In this document: positions 12,851-26,477 of the stretch, piece by piece
Layout of the letters: each line of letters begins with the position of its first letter
How positions within the stretch are numbered: the stretch's first letter is position 1
Source: Paramecium tetraurelia
Taxonomy: Eukaryota
Assembly (NCBI GenBank): GCA_000165425.1
Contig: CT868096.1
Span: 1 to 64,000 of the forward strand
Length of the DNA: 64,000 nt
Direction of reading: 5' to 3'
The notes under the pieces: generated by a model
Told to the model about the DNA's origin: nothing
The model's input: only the letters and a program-made list of their open reading frames with translations
Database searches by the model: none
Made by a program: the position numbers and the translations under genes

Positions 12851-13969
12851 TGACTCAAAGAAGAAGGTGTGGCTTCAAGTCAAGCTGATTCACAAAATGG
12901 ATCGGTATTTATCTTATCCAAAGCTATCAGAATTGATTACAAGCTTATCAATTCATTAGTAATAGGAGGCATAATTAATTCTTTTTAGCTTCCAATTAGC
13001 TTGTGCTTCTAACAAATTTAACATTTGATCTCCCACTTTACCTAATACATAAAGACTCAGAGATATAATAATCAATTTGGATTGTGCAAGATTGTCACTC
13101 TGGCATTAAAAAATTATAATACTGATAAGTGCAAATTTATCTTGATAGCATTCTTAAATTTTGTAATATTTTCTGGTTTTGGAAGTTGTGGTGGGGTGTT
13201 TGGAGGATTGTCCTAGTGTCGGGTTATAATGAGATTTGCGGTGGTCAAAGACGGGTGTGCCGTGTTGTTGGCAAGAAAAATAAGTTTCAGATAATTGTTC
13301 ACCTCATGAGCAATTCAGGGTCTTTACATATCATCCATCTGAACTTATAAAAGATTGACACGCTTAAAAAAAACCAATTAATTTCGGCTTATGCTAAAAA
13401 AATACATAAAAATCCTATTACAGAGGTTTGACGATGAATAAGCCTAGTTGATTTGCGATATAGTTGGCACTTTGATAACATAAGTTATAAGTATAAGGAT
13501 ATTTTATATAACTATGAGGTCATCATCAAAATATTAGCAATATTAAAAAGATGGAGAGAGTATTACAAATAGACATTGTAAAGATGTTTCTATACAAGTG
13601 GCAGTTGTTAATCTAAAAGTCATATCTATAAGAAAATCTAAACACTAATAATGATGTCTAACATTAATTAGTGTTCTTCAGTGTAAGTTAGAAAAAGTAG
13701 TTTAGATGACTAAAATGATCAAGAAGTCTTACATAAAGAACAAAAGATTTTACGAGGTATTTTATTCAAAATTTTTTTTAAATTTGCTGGTGGAATACAA
13801 TTTAGCCTGATAAAGCGCATTTAGGACTTGATAATAATGCAAAAGCCTACACTAATTAGAATTAATTATTTTTAATATTAACACATAATACTATCAAATC
13901 ATAAATGTTCAATTTTAGAAATATATTTTCCTAACCTCTTTTTATTTATTTTTTCATATATAAATTAGT

Positions 13970-15610
13970 GTTTCAGACCAAGAGATTTTTTGAATGGGAA
14001 TTTACAAAAAGTTGGAAGAATAAGGTAAACTGATTCTCGTTACAGATTAGGAGATATAATTTGCCTAAAGTTGTGAAATTATTAGAAAGACTATCAATAT
14101 TGATTTAATTTCATTTGAAAGACATGGAAACCTACCACCATTTTGAAACTGACCTTATAGATCTTTTCTAGATTCTTGAAGTTGTTTTAATACATTTAAA
14201 AAAGAATCTCGCAAGTATATGGGGAATAATATAAGTTTACCAAAGAAGAAACTTGTAATATTCAAGAAAAACATTTCGTATCCATTTAAACTTCATTATG
14301 ATTTAATTTAAAGTAATTTTTAGATTATGAATACGCAATTTAATTTTTCATCTGAAACTGATCAATAAGCCTAGGTATTTGTATTCCTTTACAGAAATAA
14401 TTGAATTTTAGATATCAAATAAGGTTTGTTATTCTTTTTTAATCTCCAAACTCCTTCATATATGGTCATATTTCCTCTAAATGTAGGAGGCGCTGTTGTC
14501 TGCTTAAGCAAGATACTTCTCATAAAATTCGTTCAGAAAATAATGAACCACTATTCTTTAAATTGTAAGAACATTTTATGTTTGAGCTTTAATATAACAA
14601 TCTTGTAAAGGGAGTAGACACGATTTACAAGTTCTTGAGATAAAAATTAAAAAGAGTTGAGTCCAAGATGGACTTAAATAGTCGTGCTGTTAAGTAATCT
14701 GCCTTTTCACTTTGTTTCTGAATGTTAAAGCTAAACATCATATAAATGATATCATAGCTTGATAAACGGCTATTTAATGTATTGGTGACAAGACACAAAA
14801 CGAATTATAGGAAGCAGCCATGATTAAAGCATGAGTGGTTACACATAAAGTTGTTTCAACTAAAGCTTTCAACTCGTGCGTTCATCACAAAATGTCATTA
14901 ATACTCCTGGCTCTAGTTATTATTTTCGGTGCTTAAATTTGCCAATTTGTTGTTCTAATTCAAGTTTTGCTCCATTTTGGGATAATAATTGTAGAAAACT
15001 ACCTTTAGAAATGAATTAACTAGAAGTATAGGTATCAGTATTCCAGGATATTTAATATGCAGTTAGACTTATTGAAAACTATATATTTACAGCATCTCAT
15101 GAGATTTTAAAAACTATATAATTAGAATAAAAAGCATGATTCAGCTACAAAATATTTTAAAGTTTAGCACAAGCTGGTGAAAATTAAATAGATTTAGGAG
15201 GTAATGCACTTATATAAAAGTAGAATTAATGTAAACAGCAAACTCATCATGAATTGTACAAAAAGTAATCGAAATTTTCATTGCTGTTTTACAACATGCG
15301 ATAAGGAAGTAAGCTCAAATTAATACAGATTCTTCATTCAAAAAATTCTCAAACTTTAGATGTTTCTATAAAATTAAATTCTAATCTGGTTAAATGAACC
15401 AATTAATGAGGCTGCTTTAACTTGGTGTCTAATCCATATTTTGGAAGCAACATTTCACTTCATTTTATAAATTTAAGTAGCCCTTTACTTTATTATGCAG
15501 TTCTGCTCAACAACAAGGTATATGCTGAAGCATAAAAGTGGTTATTATTTGATATATAAACAGCTTAATACAGAAACTAGTATTTTCCTCTCTATTTAAT
15601 TTTATTGCAT
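13970..15610 (+). pseudogene. Decayed gene relic, family unknown
   Basis: Coding-like segments (NVINTPGSSYYFRCLNLPICCSNSSFAPFWDNNCRKLPLE; CFNLVSNPYFGSNISLHF) with multiple in-frame TGAs. Confidence 0.3.
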
Positions 15611-15619
15611 GAAATTATT

Positions 15620-17574
15620 TTTATATTACAAGATTTTTGAATAGATATTTGTGTACATTTCCGGAAGCCCCTTTAGACTGATTCAAGAATAATGGTCCAA
15701 TATCAGGCTTTCATAATAATTACATAAATGGCAAATGCAGAAGTGTATATAAATCTGCTTGTAACTGGAGTAGGCGAATAAAAAAGTATTGTTATTTGAG
15801 AAATTATGTAAATGCTGCCCTTTTTATTGGTAACACTCTTAGAAGTTTGTGAATACAAGTAGCACTAGAAGATTGTATGCATATTATGTAAAAGCACATA
15901 ATGTTTTCATATATGCATCATCAAATGAAGCAGTTTTGTTGTTACGCTCATCTCCCTCACAAGTTGTGGTGATAATTATTAGCTAAAGAATATATGAAAA
16001 ATAGCGAATACTATGTAGAAAGCTCTTCAACATGGTATTGTATTGCATACATGATATGCAGACATCTCCTTTCAAGACAGTTCCAAGTATTACTGTTGCC
16101 ACAAAGTCTCTATCATAAAATCATCTGGAGAGATATTAGAGCTTTAACCACAATTTGAAATGCTCTCATATGCAGATTTTATATTTTATTGGTTAAACAA
16201 CTGTTTTAAGGTGGCTGGTTAGCAGAAACTCAACTGCCAAGCTCAACTTATACTATCGAGATTAAATCGGCACTACAATACCAACCTGTGTGCTAGTGTC
16301 TTAAGTTTTTTTGTGAGAATCATTACCTGGCCAAGTTTTGAAAGAGAAAATACAATCATTTTGAAGCTAGCAGAGTTTTACTCTAAAATTATATTGAGAA
16401 ATTACTAAATATGAATTCTCTACCTAACATCTTGTCGCAGTTGGTAAATATTAAAGGACAAACTCAAAGTCCATATAATTTTCTTATAATAAGCTAAAGG
16501 ATACGATACTATGTGAAGGAAGGAGCTGATGGTTCCTAACAAATTTAGTTCTCATTTACTGCAGATATCTCTGAAAAATGTTTGCACACTATCCCCAACA
16601 TTGTACAAAAGTAACAAGGGCTAAGTTATGGTCTTGCACATTACATCGAACTAAATTTTTTCCACATATGTATCAACAGTTTGAGACATAGACATTATGT
16701 TGATTGAGAATGTAGCCATCAAACAACTGATAGTATTTCTGGTACTCTCTTGCAAGGTTGAATTCAACTAACCAAGCTGTGAGATGCAAGGATTAAGCAT
16801 TAGATATAATGCCCCTAATTAAGAATGAATAAGGCGAAGGTGTTCTGCAGCAATTCAGTAGTAAAAATTATTGACATCAGTTACAAATTTACAATAGCAT
16901 TAATAAGGATTCTCGTTAAAGCATTTTTTTCGCTCCTAATTACACCATTATCTTACCCATATTCTGATTTTCAAACTGCACAGAGTATTTATAAATACTG
17001 AAGTTATCAACTAGATATGTTCTACATGAATATTTGGTTCTACATGGTTGTTGTTCACAGGTCTGTTAGAAAGAAATTTTGAATATTGATCAGGATTTCT
17101 ATAAATAGCTACAAAGAAAGGATGGCTATATTTTGAGATTCAGTTACATTGATAGGAGACAAATAGTCTATTCTAAGTGCTTTGCTGACAACTTAAAATT
17201 CAAGAAGTTAGAAAAACTAACACTTCATCTGTTAGAAGTCTAAGATATAAAATATTTGATGTACGGAAATGGATTTTTGACAGAAGATTTTAACAAGCCT
17301 TATAAGCACTTGAATAAGATTATGACATCATGAAATCTTGAATGTGGTATAAGTAATAAAACATTTCGTTAATTGAGTAGCATCAACAACCAAGGAGCAC
17401 AGAAGTGAAAGTTGAACTAATCACAACCATCACAAAGGGAGGAGTGTATATTAAGTAGGAGATCTAGTTACTTCATATGTCAACATATTTATGAGAGATC
17501 GTGATCGTAGTAAATGTAAATCATAGCACATTTAGGATTGCCAGAAAAAATAGCAAGAGCTTTTTAATTTCCAT
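15620..17574 (-). pseudogene. Decayed secreted Cys-rich (surface-protein-like) gene
   Basis: ATG 17574 gives signal-peptide-like MEIKKLLLFFLAILNVL then TGA; downstream frames show scattered Cys/Trp-rich segments (WCNQERKKCFNENPYQCYC, PCYFCTMLGIVC, TWNCLERRC) with many stops. Confidence 0.4.
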
Positions 17575-17631
17575 ATTTTTTTTTCAATTTATTTTCTTAC
17601 ATTGTTTTAAAATTTATTTAATAAGCGATAA

Positions 17632-19020
17632 ATGGTAGCCAAAGCAATTATGCTTAGCAGTATAAATAGCTTGTTTCATTTGAGAACAACCATTTAAACT
17701 ACTTTCCAAATTTACATGAGATTAAACAGAATCTGAATATTTATAAAATATCATTCTAGTAGGGGATTTAAATGAATTATGGAAAGAATTCTTTTCCAAC
17801 TTTATAATAGAAATACTCATATTCATTTTTTTCCCCAAATTTGGTAAGAAAAATCTTAAAACTTAATGAAAATTTATTGGATTAACTAATTTAAGATTCT
17901 ATCCCTTATCTTTAACAAGAACCTTTGATGCAAATTCTTATAATTATATTTTTAAGTTCTTCAAATGAACCTTAAGAATTTAAGTCTCCTTTTACAAAGT
18001 GTTAAATAAGAAAACTAATTAAGATTTCTACTCCTTTTGTAATATATTTCAAATGAAATGAAATATATAATACTTAATTGGTGAGCCTTAATCATAAATA
18101 AGAAAGAAATTTTCAGAATTTGAATTTATCTTATTAACCTTTTTTGGTATTTAAACTTCTATATATTCAGAAGTAGGATAATATATAATGATTAAAATAA
18201 CTAACAAAAATATTTAGAGTTGTTTGGTAAAAATGATAGAATTTTGTTGAAAATATTAATTCGATGGCCTTTAAATGATCCCTTGAGTAACCTTTGGTCT
18301 TTATAACCCTAATCTCCTTATCCTAATATATCTACCTTTTATCAATATAAGCAGAAAACATACTAGGATAAAAAATATAAATAATCTTTGATTATTATCA
18401 CCCATAAAAATGAGAATCATTAGAAACTGTCAATTACAAGAGATTATTAATATCAAATAAAATCTTGATTTTAATTTATTCAAATCACTAATAGTCCAGT
18501 CTCAAATGAACTAATTTCAAGGAATGAGATAAATACAGTTCCATAATCATTATTTTCTTCACTCAATAAAACTCTGATAAAAACAAAAAGGAGTCAGTGA
18601 TTAAATATGTATAAAATGGGAAAGTTAAGTGGTTTTGCAACTTGACATCAAGCAATTAAAAGAAACTTTCCAATCGTTATAAGCTATTACTTTGCTGCGT
18701 ATAGTTCAATAGTTTCAAAATCTATAATAGTGGGCTAAAATGCTTGAAAAATTATTTAACAAAAATTTAATAAATGATTATATATCTACAAGACTTCTCT
18801 AAGTAATTCGTACTAGTACTTTTTCAATTTGATAGATTGAGAAACTCCTTATCAAGGATTTCTTAATTCAGCTTAACACATTAGATTCAAAGAATTATTC
18901 GATTTGCTTATATTAATCTAAAATCTGTAGGCTGTTTATAATTGATTTTATTATTACAGATTGAAAAGTTTACTTTTACTTTTAGAATAGCATTATTGTA
19001 AAATTTTAGGAATCAGGATT
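17632..19020 (+). pseudogene. Probable decayed gene relic
   Basis: Patchy open frames under code 6 with repeated TGAs; no recognisable domain. Confidence 0.2.
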
Positions 19021-19291
19021 GATCTGTACATTAAATTCCGAAATAATAGAAGAGTAATATAAACTTAAAAATTCTGAATTCTTTCTCGGGTTAAATCTTT
19101 TTTAATCCTATGTTCAAAGCAGTTTCTTGTTAATTCATTTAATTTAAGTTCCTCAATTTTTTCTATTATTTATCTCCTGTAGCCTATTATCTCTTATTCT
19201 CAAATTACCTTCATCTAAGAATTTTATTGTATCAAATCAAAATTACAGTATATGTTTCGATTCGAATAATTATTATTTTTATAATTAAAAT

Positions 19292-20012
19292 ATGGATAAG
19301 CCTCCTTAGCAAGAAGAAAAACATTTATTTAAAATAGTGTTAATTGGTAATGGAATTTGCAATTAATATAAGGTGATTCAAGTGTTGGAAAATCAAATAT
19401 CCTTTCAAGATTTACCAAAAGATAGTTTAATTTTGACAGCCAACCAACAATAGGAGTTGAATTTGCCACTAGATCATTGACAGAGAACGGAAAAATAATT
19501 TAAGCTTAAATTTGGGATACTTGTGGATAAGAGAGATATAAATCAATAACAAGCGCATATTACAGAGGAGCAGTTGGAGCAATGTTAATTTATGATATCA
19601 CAAAACAAAAAACATTTGAAAATATAGAAAAATGGATCTAAGAATTGAAAGAGTATGCGGAGACAAATGTAGTAGCTATGTTGATTGGGTAAGATACTTA
19701 TAATAAATAGAAATAAAGCAGATTTAAAAGCTTAAAGAAAAGTTCCTAGCGATAAGGCCGCTTAATTTGCAGAAAACCATACTATGGCATTTATGGAAGT
19801 GAGTGCATTTGATGGAACGAATGTTGATCTAGCATTTTCAAGACTTATTAATGGTATTTTATTACTTATTTAGAGAAATATATTAATTAATAAATAAATA
19901 GTCTTTAGCAGAAAATTAGGATTAGTCAATACAGCAATAGATGCAGAGTAGAAATAACATGCAAATTCAATAATCCTAATGTAATTAATCATAAGACACT
20001 TGTTGCAAATGA
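19292..20012 (+). CDS. Rab11-like small GTPase, 3 tiny introns
   Basis: [61 protein letters not shown]-terminal CCK; introns at ~19347-19372, ~19690 and ~19855. Confidence 0.95.
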
Positions 20013-20247
20013 GATATCAATGTATATTTAGAAGAAAAAATAGTATTTCCCAAATTTATAAAATTAACTAATTATTATGTCTTACTTGAGAATTTTGAAA
20101 AGAACACTACTTTTTTTTTATGTATTAAAATTATTTATAAAATTTAAAATAAAATAATTGTTTATCCCTTTTTCAATGAAAATTTGATAAATCGAATTTT
20201 GAATTAAATAATACTTTATGTATCTTTAGAAATATTTCAATAAATTA

Positions 20248-21903
20248 TCACTAAAATTAATATAAATCATTTAAAAATTGAATAACTTCTGGTTCGAAAT
20301 TGTATTTTTCAAGTTTAAGTATAACAGAAACATATAATTTTTTTAAATTTAATAATTACTCCATTCTTTTAGTAACTAAATTACTTCTCAATAAATAAGT
20401 ATTATTCATTGCAAAATCATTTATTAGTTTGGATTTAATCTCTTCATTGAAATAGATATTCATTGTCATTAATTTCATTTGAACAAAGGCTGCCAAAATA
20501 AGACTCATTTAGCTAGTTTCAATAAAATTGTTTTTAACGTGTAATTGTAATCTTAAGATGGTTCTGCAATTTTATAATGCCTTTTAAAGAAATACTATAT
20601 GATCATAATTTAATCTTGCATTATTCAACTTTATAGTGATATCAGAACAGTTTGATTGCTCTAATTCGCATCCAAAAATGTCTAATGTATTGTAAGTTTG
20701 GATAGTGTTATTTAGATTTAAAAACAGCTTTTTATAAGTAAAATGAACTAAAATACTAAAATCAGGGGAGGGAATTGTGTGTTAATCGCTAAGACAAACT
20801 GTATCAGCTAAAAATAAGTTCAAATATCTCAATGATTTTTTGTTGATAATATTCTCTTCTTAAATTTTTGTATTGAATGATTAGCAAAATATATTGCTAC
20901 TTAAATCGAGAGAAAATGTATCTAGAAGAGGGATTGTCATCACTGTATTTAAAAGATATTATAATTTTCTTATATCTTAGTTTGACTTGCTAAAATTAAG
21001 ATTTAAATTTTGTAATTATTTCAATGATTCTAATACAGTAAGTATTGATTAGAAGAATTTTGTGGTTAACGATATATTAGAAAAATTTAATGAGAGCTAT
21101 TCAATTTTATATGCAAATTCATGAATTGAAAAATTAATTTAATTGAAATTACTTACTGAGCTAACATCTAGTTATAAAATTTTTAAATTCTTTGAGCAAG
21201 CAAAACATTTTGAAACAATTTATTGAAAAATTTCAGAATTTTCAAAATAACATTTTCCAAAATTCAATTTTAAAATTTCTAGCTTCTAGGATTTTGAACA
21301 ATAATTTAGAATATATGATAATAGGGATATTTCTACTTCATAAAACTTTTATTCTTAAATTGTCATACAAAATGACTTTAAATTAGAAAAATTACAAGTT
21401 TCGGATGGAATCATCCTATTTTTTTTGCCATATGATAAATTTTGGTGTTGCTTAGGGTTTATAAATATATTTAGTTCTTCAACAGCATTAACATTTAGGA
21501 TTTATGGAAAATAAGCTATGGCTCTCAAATTTATATCTATTGGAAGAACAGATATTTAATAATAAACTACTTTTTACATTTTTAATTTTTTCAAAGATTC
21601 CAAATATCTAAATACACCTTTTTTTTGAGAAGCTATTGTAAAACCATTAATTAAGGCTAATACCTTAATTTGTTTATTTTCCTCTTTCTTTGTAACTTAA
21701 TCTATTTATTCTTTTAGTTACTCAAAATCTGATTTTATTCTCTGCTTTAAAATCACTTTTAATTTATCATTTTTTATGCTAACATCTTCCAATTTGGTTG
21801 TAAACAAAGTTTTTGTTTTGCTCTTTTAATTTGATAATTGGGATGAAATTGTTCTTCTTTTACCAAGTCTAAAGGGATACTCAATAGAAATGGATTCGTT
21901 CAT
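20248..21903 (-). CDS. Leucine-rich-repeat-like protein, 551 aa, intronless
   Basis: Continuous frame ATG 21903 to TGA 20248; repeated LxxLxLxF/L units (LEILKLNF, LKILQLDV, IEQLSLNF, LQNLNLNF, LDTFSLDL, LRYLNLFL). Confidence 0.8.
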
Positions 21904-22249
21904 TTATTTAAAATGAGAAAAATTATTAGTTAAATTTTAGCTAGAATTTTTACTTAAAATTAAAAACATTCAATAATAAAATATTCCCAATTTTGCTCTT
22001 ATAAATAAATATTACAACTTAAGAGTTTTAATTAATTAATACACAAAAAAAATCAAATGTAGAATGGACAATTTAGACAGTTATTAATAATTTTTGGTTA
22101 TCAATCCATAAGGGAACATAATACTTATTTTTAAGTTAAATCTTCATGATTAAGATATTTAAACAATAAGATGGTCAAATAATAAAAAGTTTTATATGTT
22201 AATTTTTTTTACACTTATATAATAATCAATTAAAAATAAATTTTCCACT

Positions 22250-23560
22250 TCAGGCCTTTCCTTTAAAATTAAAATTACATAGAGCTAATTACATGGCAAC
22301 TAAGGGACTGAGTGGACTCATAAAATCCAAGTGAAATTAATCTTTGTCAATTTTTCCAAATTAAACATAAATGAGATCTCTTTCTTCTCCTTTCAAAACT
22401 AATTAAAAGTTCTTTACCGAAGCTTTTTTAACTCTACCAAAAAAATCTAAGGTGTATAATTTCTACTCTAATTTTCAATATTAATAAATTACATTATTAT
22501 GTATTTATAATTTAAGGTTTACGACTAATAAATTAGACAATTTCTTTTTCACTTTTTCTTAAAACTAAAGCCATCCTTCTTGGTCTACCTTTATTTTCGT
22601 AATTTGTATCAAAAAATACACTCCCTAATTAGACTCTCATCTTTTTAATTGAATTTGATTCTTTTTTTTTCGATCCACTATCAAATAAATAATAATCAGC
22701 CTTAGATTGTTTGCTTTATTCAACTTTTCCTAATATTTATCCTTAATCTTTATGTTTAAATTCGCTGTCTTATGTAATAATAAACTTATTCTTATTTAAA
22801 GACTTTTTTGCTGCTAATAGAAATTAATTATTGTGACACCAATACATCTTATATTTTGGCATAAATCTGTTTAGTCCTGATTTATCTCTTACAATTTTGC
22901 ATTAAAACATACCTTCAGTAGGTATTGGATTAATTAAAAATGATAACAATTAGTCAGGCAAATTTATTTGAGTAATATTTACAGAATAAGGGCAAACAGG
23001 AGGCATAGGTATTAAATCAGATATTGCAGCTTCTAGAAAATCACAAATTTCTATTTGACACTCTTCTTACTCTTATTTCTCAATTTATTCAAGTTTTTCT
23101 AGTTATTCTAAATATTATTATTATTTTTAAATTTCTTCTAAAACCCAATTATTACTTGTTTCTATTGCATCCCGTTAACATTATTGAGATTAACTAACTT
23201 GATTTGATAAAATTAATGGATCTAAGATATCTTAAGAAGCTCCCTGTGGAATTTCCAATAATTTAAATTCACCAACTCCCTCTCCTATTGAGTCATACGA
23301 TTATTTTTTCTCTTAATTAAATATGTTTTTTTCAAATGTGAATGTATTAAGATCAATATCGCAGGCGTCATAACTAGCTCCTCCAACACCTAAATTCTTT
23401 TTATAGTTCTTATTTTTAGTTATGACCTTTGTTGACTTGCTATCTAAAATGAAATTTCTACATTTTTATCAATTTCTTAACTTAATCCTAAAGTATCTAA
23501 GCAAATTTTTGGAGCACACTTCTTATCTTCATCTGAGTCTGAGATATTGTTTAAAAACAT
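22250..23560 (-). CDS. Tubby C-terminal domain protein
   Basis: FQCKIVRDKSG..PKY, FLLAAKK, GRPRRM, YTLDFFGRVKKASVKNFQL, QFGKIDKDQFHLDFMSPLSPLVAMQLAL are Tub-domain signatures. Confidence 0.9.
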
Positions 23561-23593
23561 ATTAATTTAAATATATAGATATAAAAGTGAATT

Positions 23594-24576
23594 TCAATGA
23601 TTTTTAATACCGACATTTTTTACAATCTACTTAAAATTTTCTTGGTTATATGAAAGTTTTCTATCACAAACCGATTTACTATTTTGAATAAATGAAATTT
23701 TATTTATGCTAGGTTAGCTTCGCTTTAATTTAATCAAATATTTAAAGTCAGCATTTTTCTTCAATAAATATGTCATTCTTTGGCTTTTGGATACTCTGCT
23801 TAATAAACATAATAGCATATTGAGTGTTTCATCTTCACTCAGCAATTCTGGGTCTATTCTGTTAGTCAAAATTCCAGTTTGTATCGTTTCATTAGTAGGA
23901 GATGTTAGAGTTAAGTTCGTTCGCGTTTTGTTGATTTCAGATTATAAGCTATTAATTTTTGATTTTAATTTTGTTATCTAATGGATTGAATCTTATTCTT
24001 TATTTAATTGTTAGGAGCTAACTCGTTTAGCCACTTACAATTCTATTCTTATTCCTTCTATTGTTTTATTCTATTGATCATTTAGAGCATATAACTACTA
24101 TAATGTGTTCACATCACTCTAACTTTTTTCTTAATAATCTTAGAGCTCATTTGTTAAAAATTCAATTTAATTATTCATTTATGCAATTTATTAGATTTGT
24201 TATTAAATTACTTTTTACTAATCGCAAACCTATTATTACATTTTTAATAATTCCTCATTTTTGTTGTGATCCCTTTATTATATTTACTTAAATAACTATT
24301 CATCATTTGAACTTTCTTTGCAATTAAAAGTTTACAACGTATAAATTTTCTGTTTTGTTGTTGGAAAATGTGATTATTCAGTTACTCTTCTCATTATTTT
24401 CTACACTTATTCTCTGGTGAGAGATTATTATTTTTTTGATTATGGAGTGACTTATTCAGATTGTTAAGATAGAGAAGAAACAGTGATGTCTGGCACAGGG
24501 ATTCTATCTATCATTCTTTCTAATTCTCCATAATTCTAAACTATATTGATATTCATACCGTAATATATTCATCCAT
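23594..24576 (-). CDS. Hypothetical coiled-coil protein
   Basis: ATG 24576, 23-nt intron, Q/E/K-rich heptad-like frame to TGA 23594. Confidence 0.7.
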
Positions 24577-24663
24577 TTTATATTTTAAATTATTTTAACG
24601 ATAGACAATTTTTATCAGGCATAGTTAATAATAAAATTCACTACCATAACCATAATAAATAGG

Positions 24664-25362
24664 ATGATTTAAGAATGTAAGTATTGCAAGTCTTTATTGA
24701 CATCAACACAACAACACTATCATCAATACCTTTGCCCTTCTCAGCAATTCTTGAAATAAATGACTCAATTAAGATTTTTACTATCCAATGCGAAAATATC
24801 AAGTTAACAATTCAGCTAGATAAAAGAGATTCTAAAGTTGAATTTCAAAGTTATTTACAAGGATGACCTCATAAACAATAATAAATTATTTAACGATTCC
24901 CTTGAAAAACAAGAATTGGTAGGGGAAGATATATTTTTCATGAATTCTAATGTTTCTAACTATTTTGAGGATAATATAGGAAATTAAGCTTGTAATTTGA
25001 GTACATTTTAGGAAAAAACAGAAAATCCAAATGAATCCTTCCATAGCAGCCACTCTGAATTTTTCGATTACATTTCTCAAATAGATCATCAAATTTAAGA
25101 TTCATCAGTAATCGTCAAAAAAGAAATATTTACAATTTCTGAACTGCTTTAAAATCTATCTTTTAAGGAAGAATATTCATCTAGAAGTCCAAAATTACTT
25201 GACATGAACCACAGTAATAATAAGATTAATTGTCAAATGTGTAAAAAACAGTTCAAAAATACAAAAACTCTGAAAAAACATTAGAAAAATATTCATAAGC
25301 ATACAATAATGATCTCCTCAAACTTGAAATAGCAGGAGACATAGCCAGAGGCTGCTTTTTGA
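24664..25362 (+). CDS. C2H2 zinc-finger protein, 232 aa
   Basis: Intronless frame; CQMCKKQFKNTKTLKKHQKNIH near C-terminus; N-terminal CKYC...HQYLC. Confidence 0.85.
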
Positions 25363-25581
25363 TCAATATTACATATTAAGACTTATCTCCAATAAAATTT
25401 ATTTATATTAAGAAAAGCTGTAAATCTATGAATTATATTTTGGATTGAAATCTTGTTTAATTATAATTTTTGATGATGTATTATAGAATAATCTTCTTTA
25501 ATGAATACAGAATCTCTTATTAATGTTTTCAGACATTAGAGGTTTAAAATTTTTTTATTTATAGTTATAACATATTTAAAT

Positions 25582-26263
25582 TCAAAAAAGAGGATTTATT
25601 TTATTTACTTTTCTTAAATGGCTATTATTCTCATTATGTGTTCCAGAAACATGAGTTAACTTAATATTCGACAGTAAATTATTATACATACTTTGTTGTC
25701 TTATTTCTCTGTTGTTAGGGGAATTGTAAGCTGAATAAGGAATCGTTGATTTTGCTTTATCAATCATAGATCCTCTTAAAGTAGGTATGTTTATAGAACA
25801 TTTATTATTATTATCTCTTTACAAATCTATTTATAAATCTGTTAATTTCTTTGAGTTATCATCTTACTTTTTAATCAATTTAATAATCATTTCATTGTTT
25901 TTCTTTTCAATTTACTATTACTTTTCTATCAATAGGAGCATTCCATCCAAGCCGTATTTCATTTCTTCATTATTATTTATTGATTCGGATTTTAACCATT
26001 CCAACTATTTGGTGATATCTTTCTACTCATTTTTACAATTTTAATCTCCTTTTGCCTATTCTAATAAAAATAAAGATTAGATTATTTCTAAAGAGTCACA
26101 TTCTTTGCTCAATGCTTGCAAATGTAGAAAATTTTCGCCCAAATTTGTTATAATTTTTCTCCAATATTGTTACAGTTCTTAATTCAACTCATCATTCTCT
26201 AATTTTATTTTATAATACCTTTTGATTGCTTTCAATAGATTCTGATTTTACATCTTCAAACAT
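25582..26263 (-). CDS. Hypothetical protein
   Basis: ATG 26263, one tiny intron, open frame joining track ORF 25582..25767. Confidence 0.7.
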
Positions 26264-26477
26264 TATTAATTAATTAATAAATTTAAGAACTGAATTATAA
26301 AATGAATATAGTAGAAGTTTACTTTATCGATAAGGTTGAAGTCATACTTACAATCAAATTTGCAGTTATATTTGCATATCAATTTGCCTTGAGTTGATTA
26401 AAGAATTTTTGCTTGTAATTCTCTCTATTTTAAATCAATAATAATATATATATAGAAATTAATCAAAATATTGTTTT

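Noticed and set aside
8400..19250. Retained IESs explaining the broken frames
   Set aside because: TA boundaries cannot be distinguished in AT-rich DNA without a germline/soma comparison, and the damage looks like diffuse point and indel decay.
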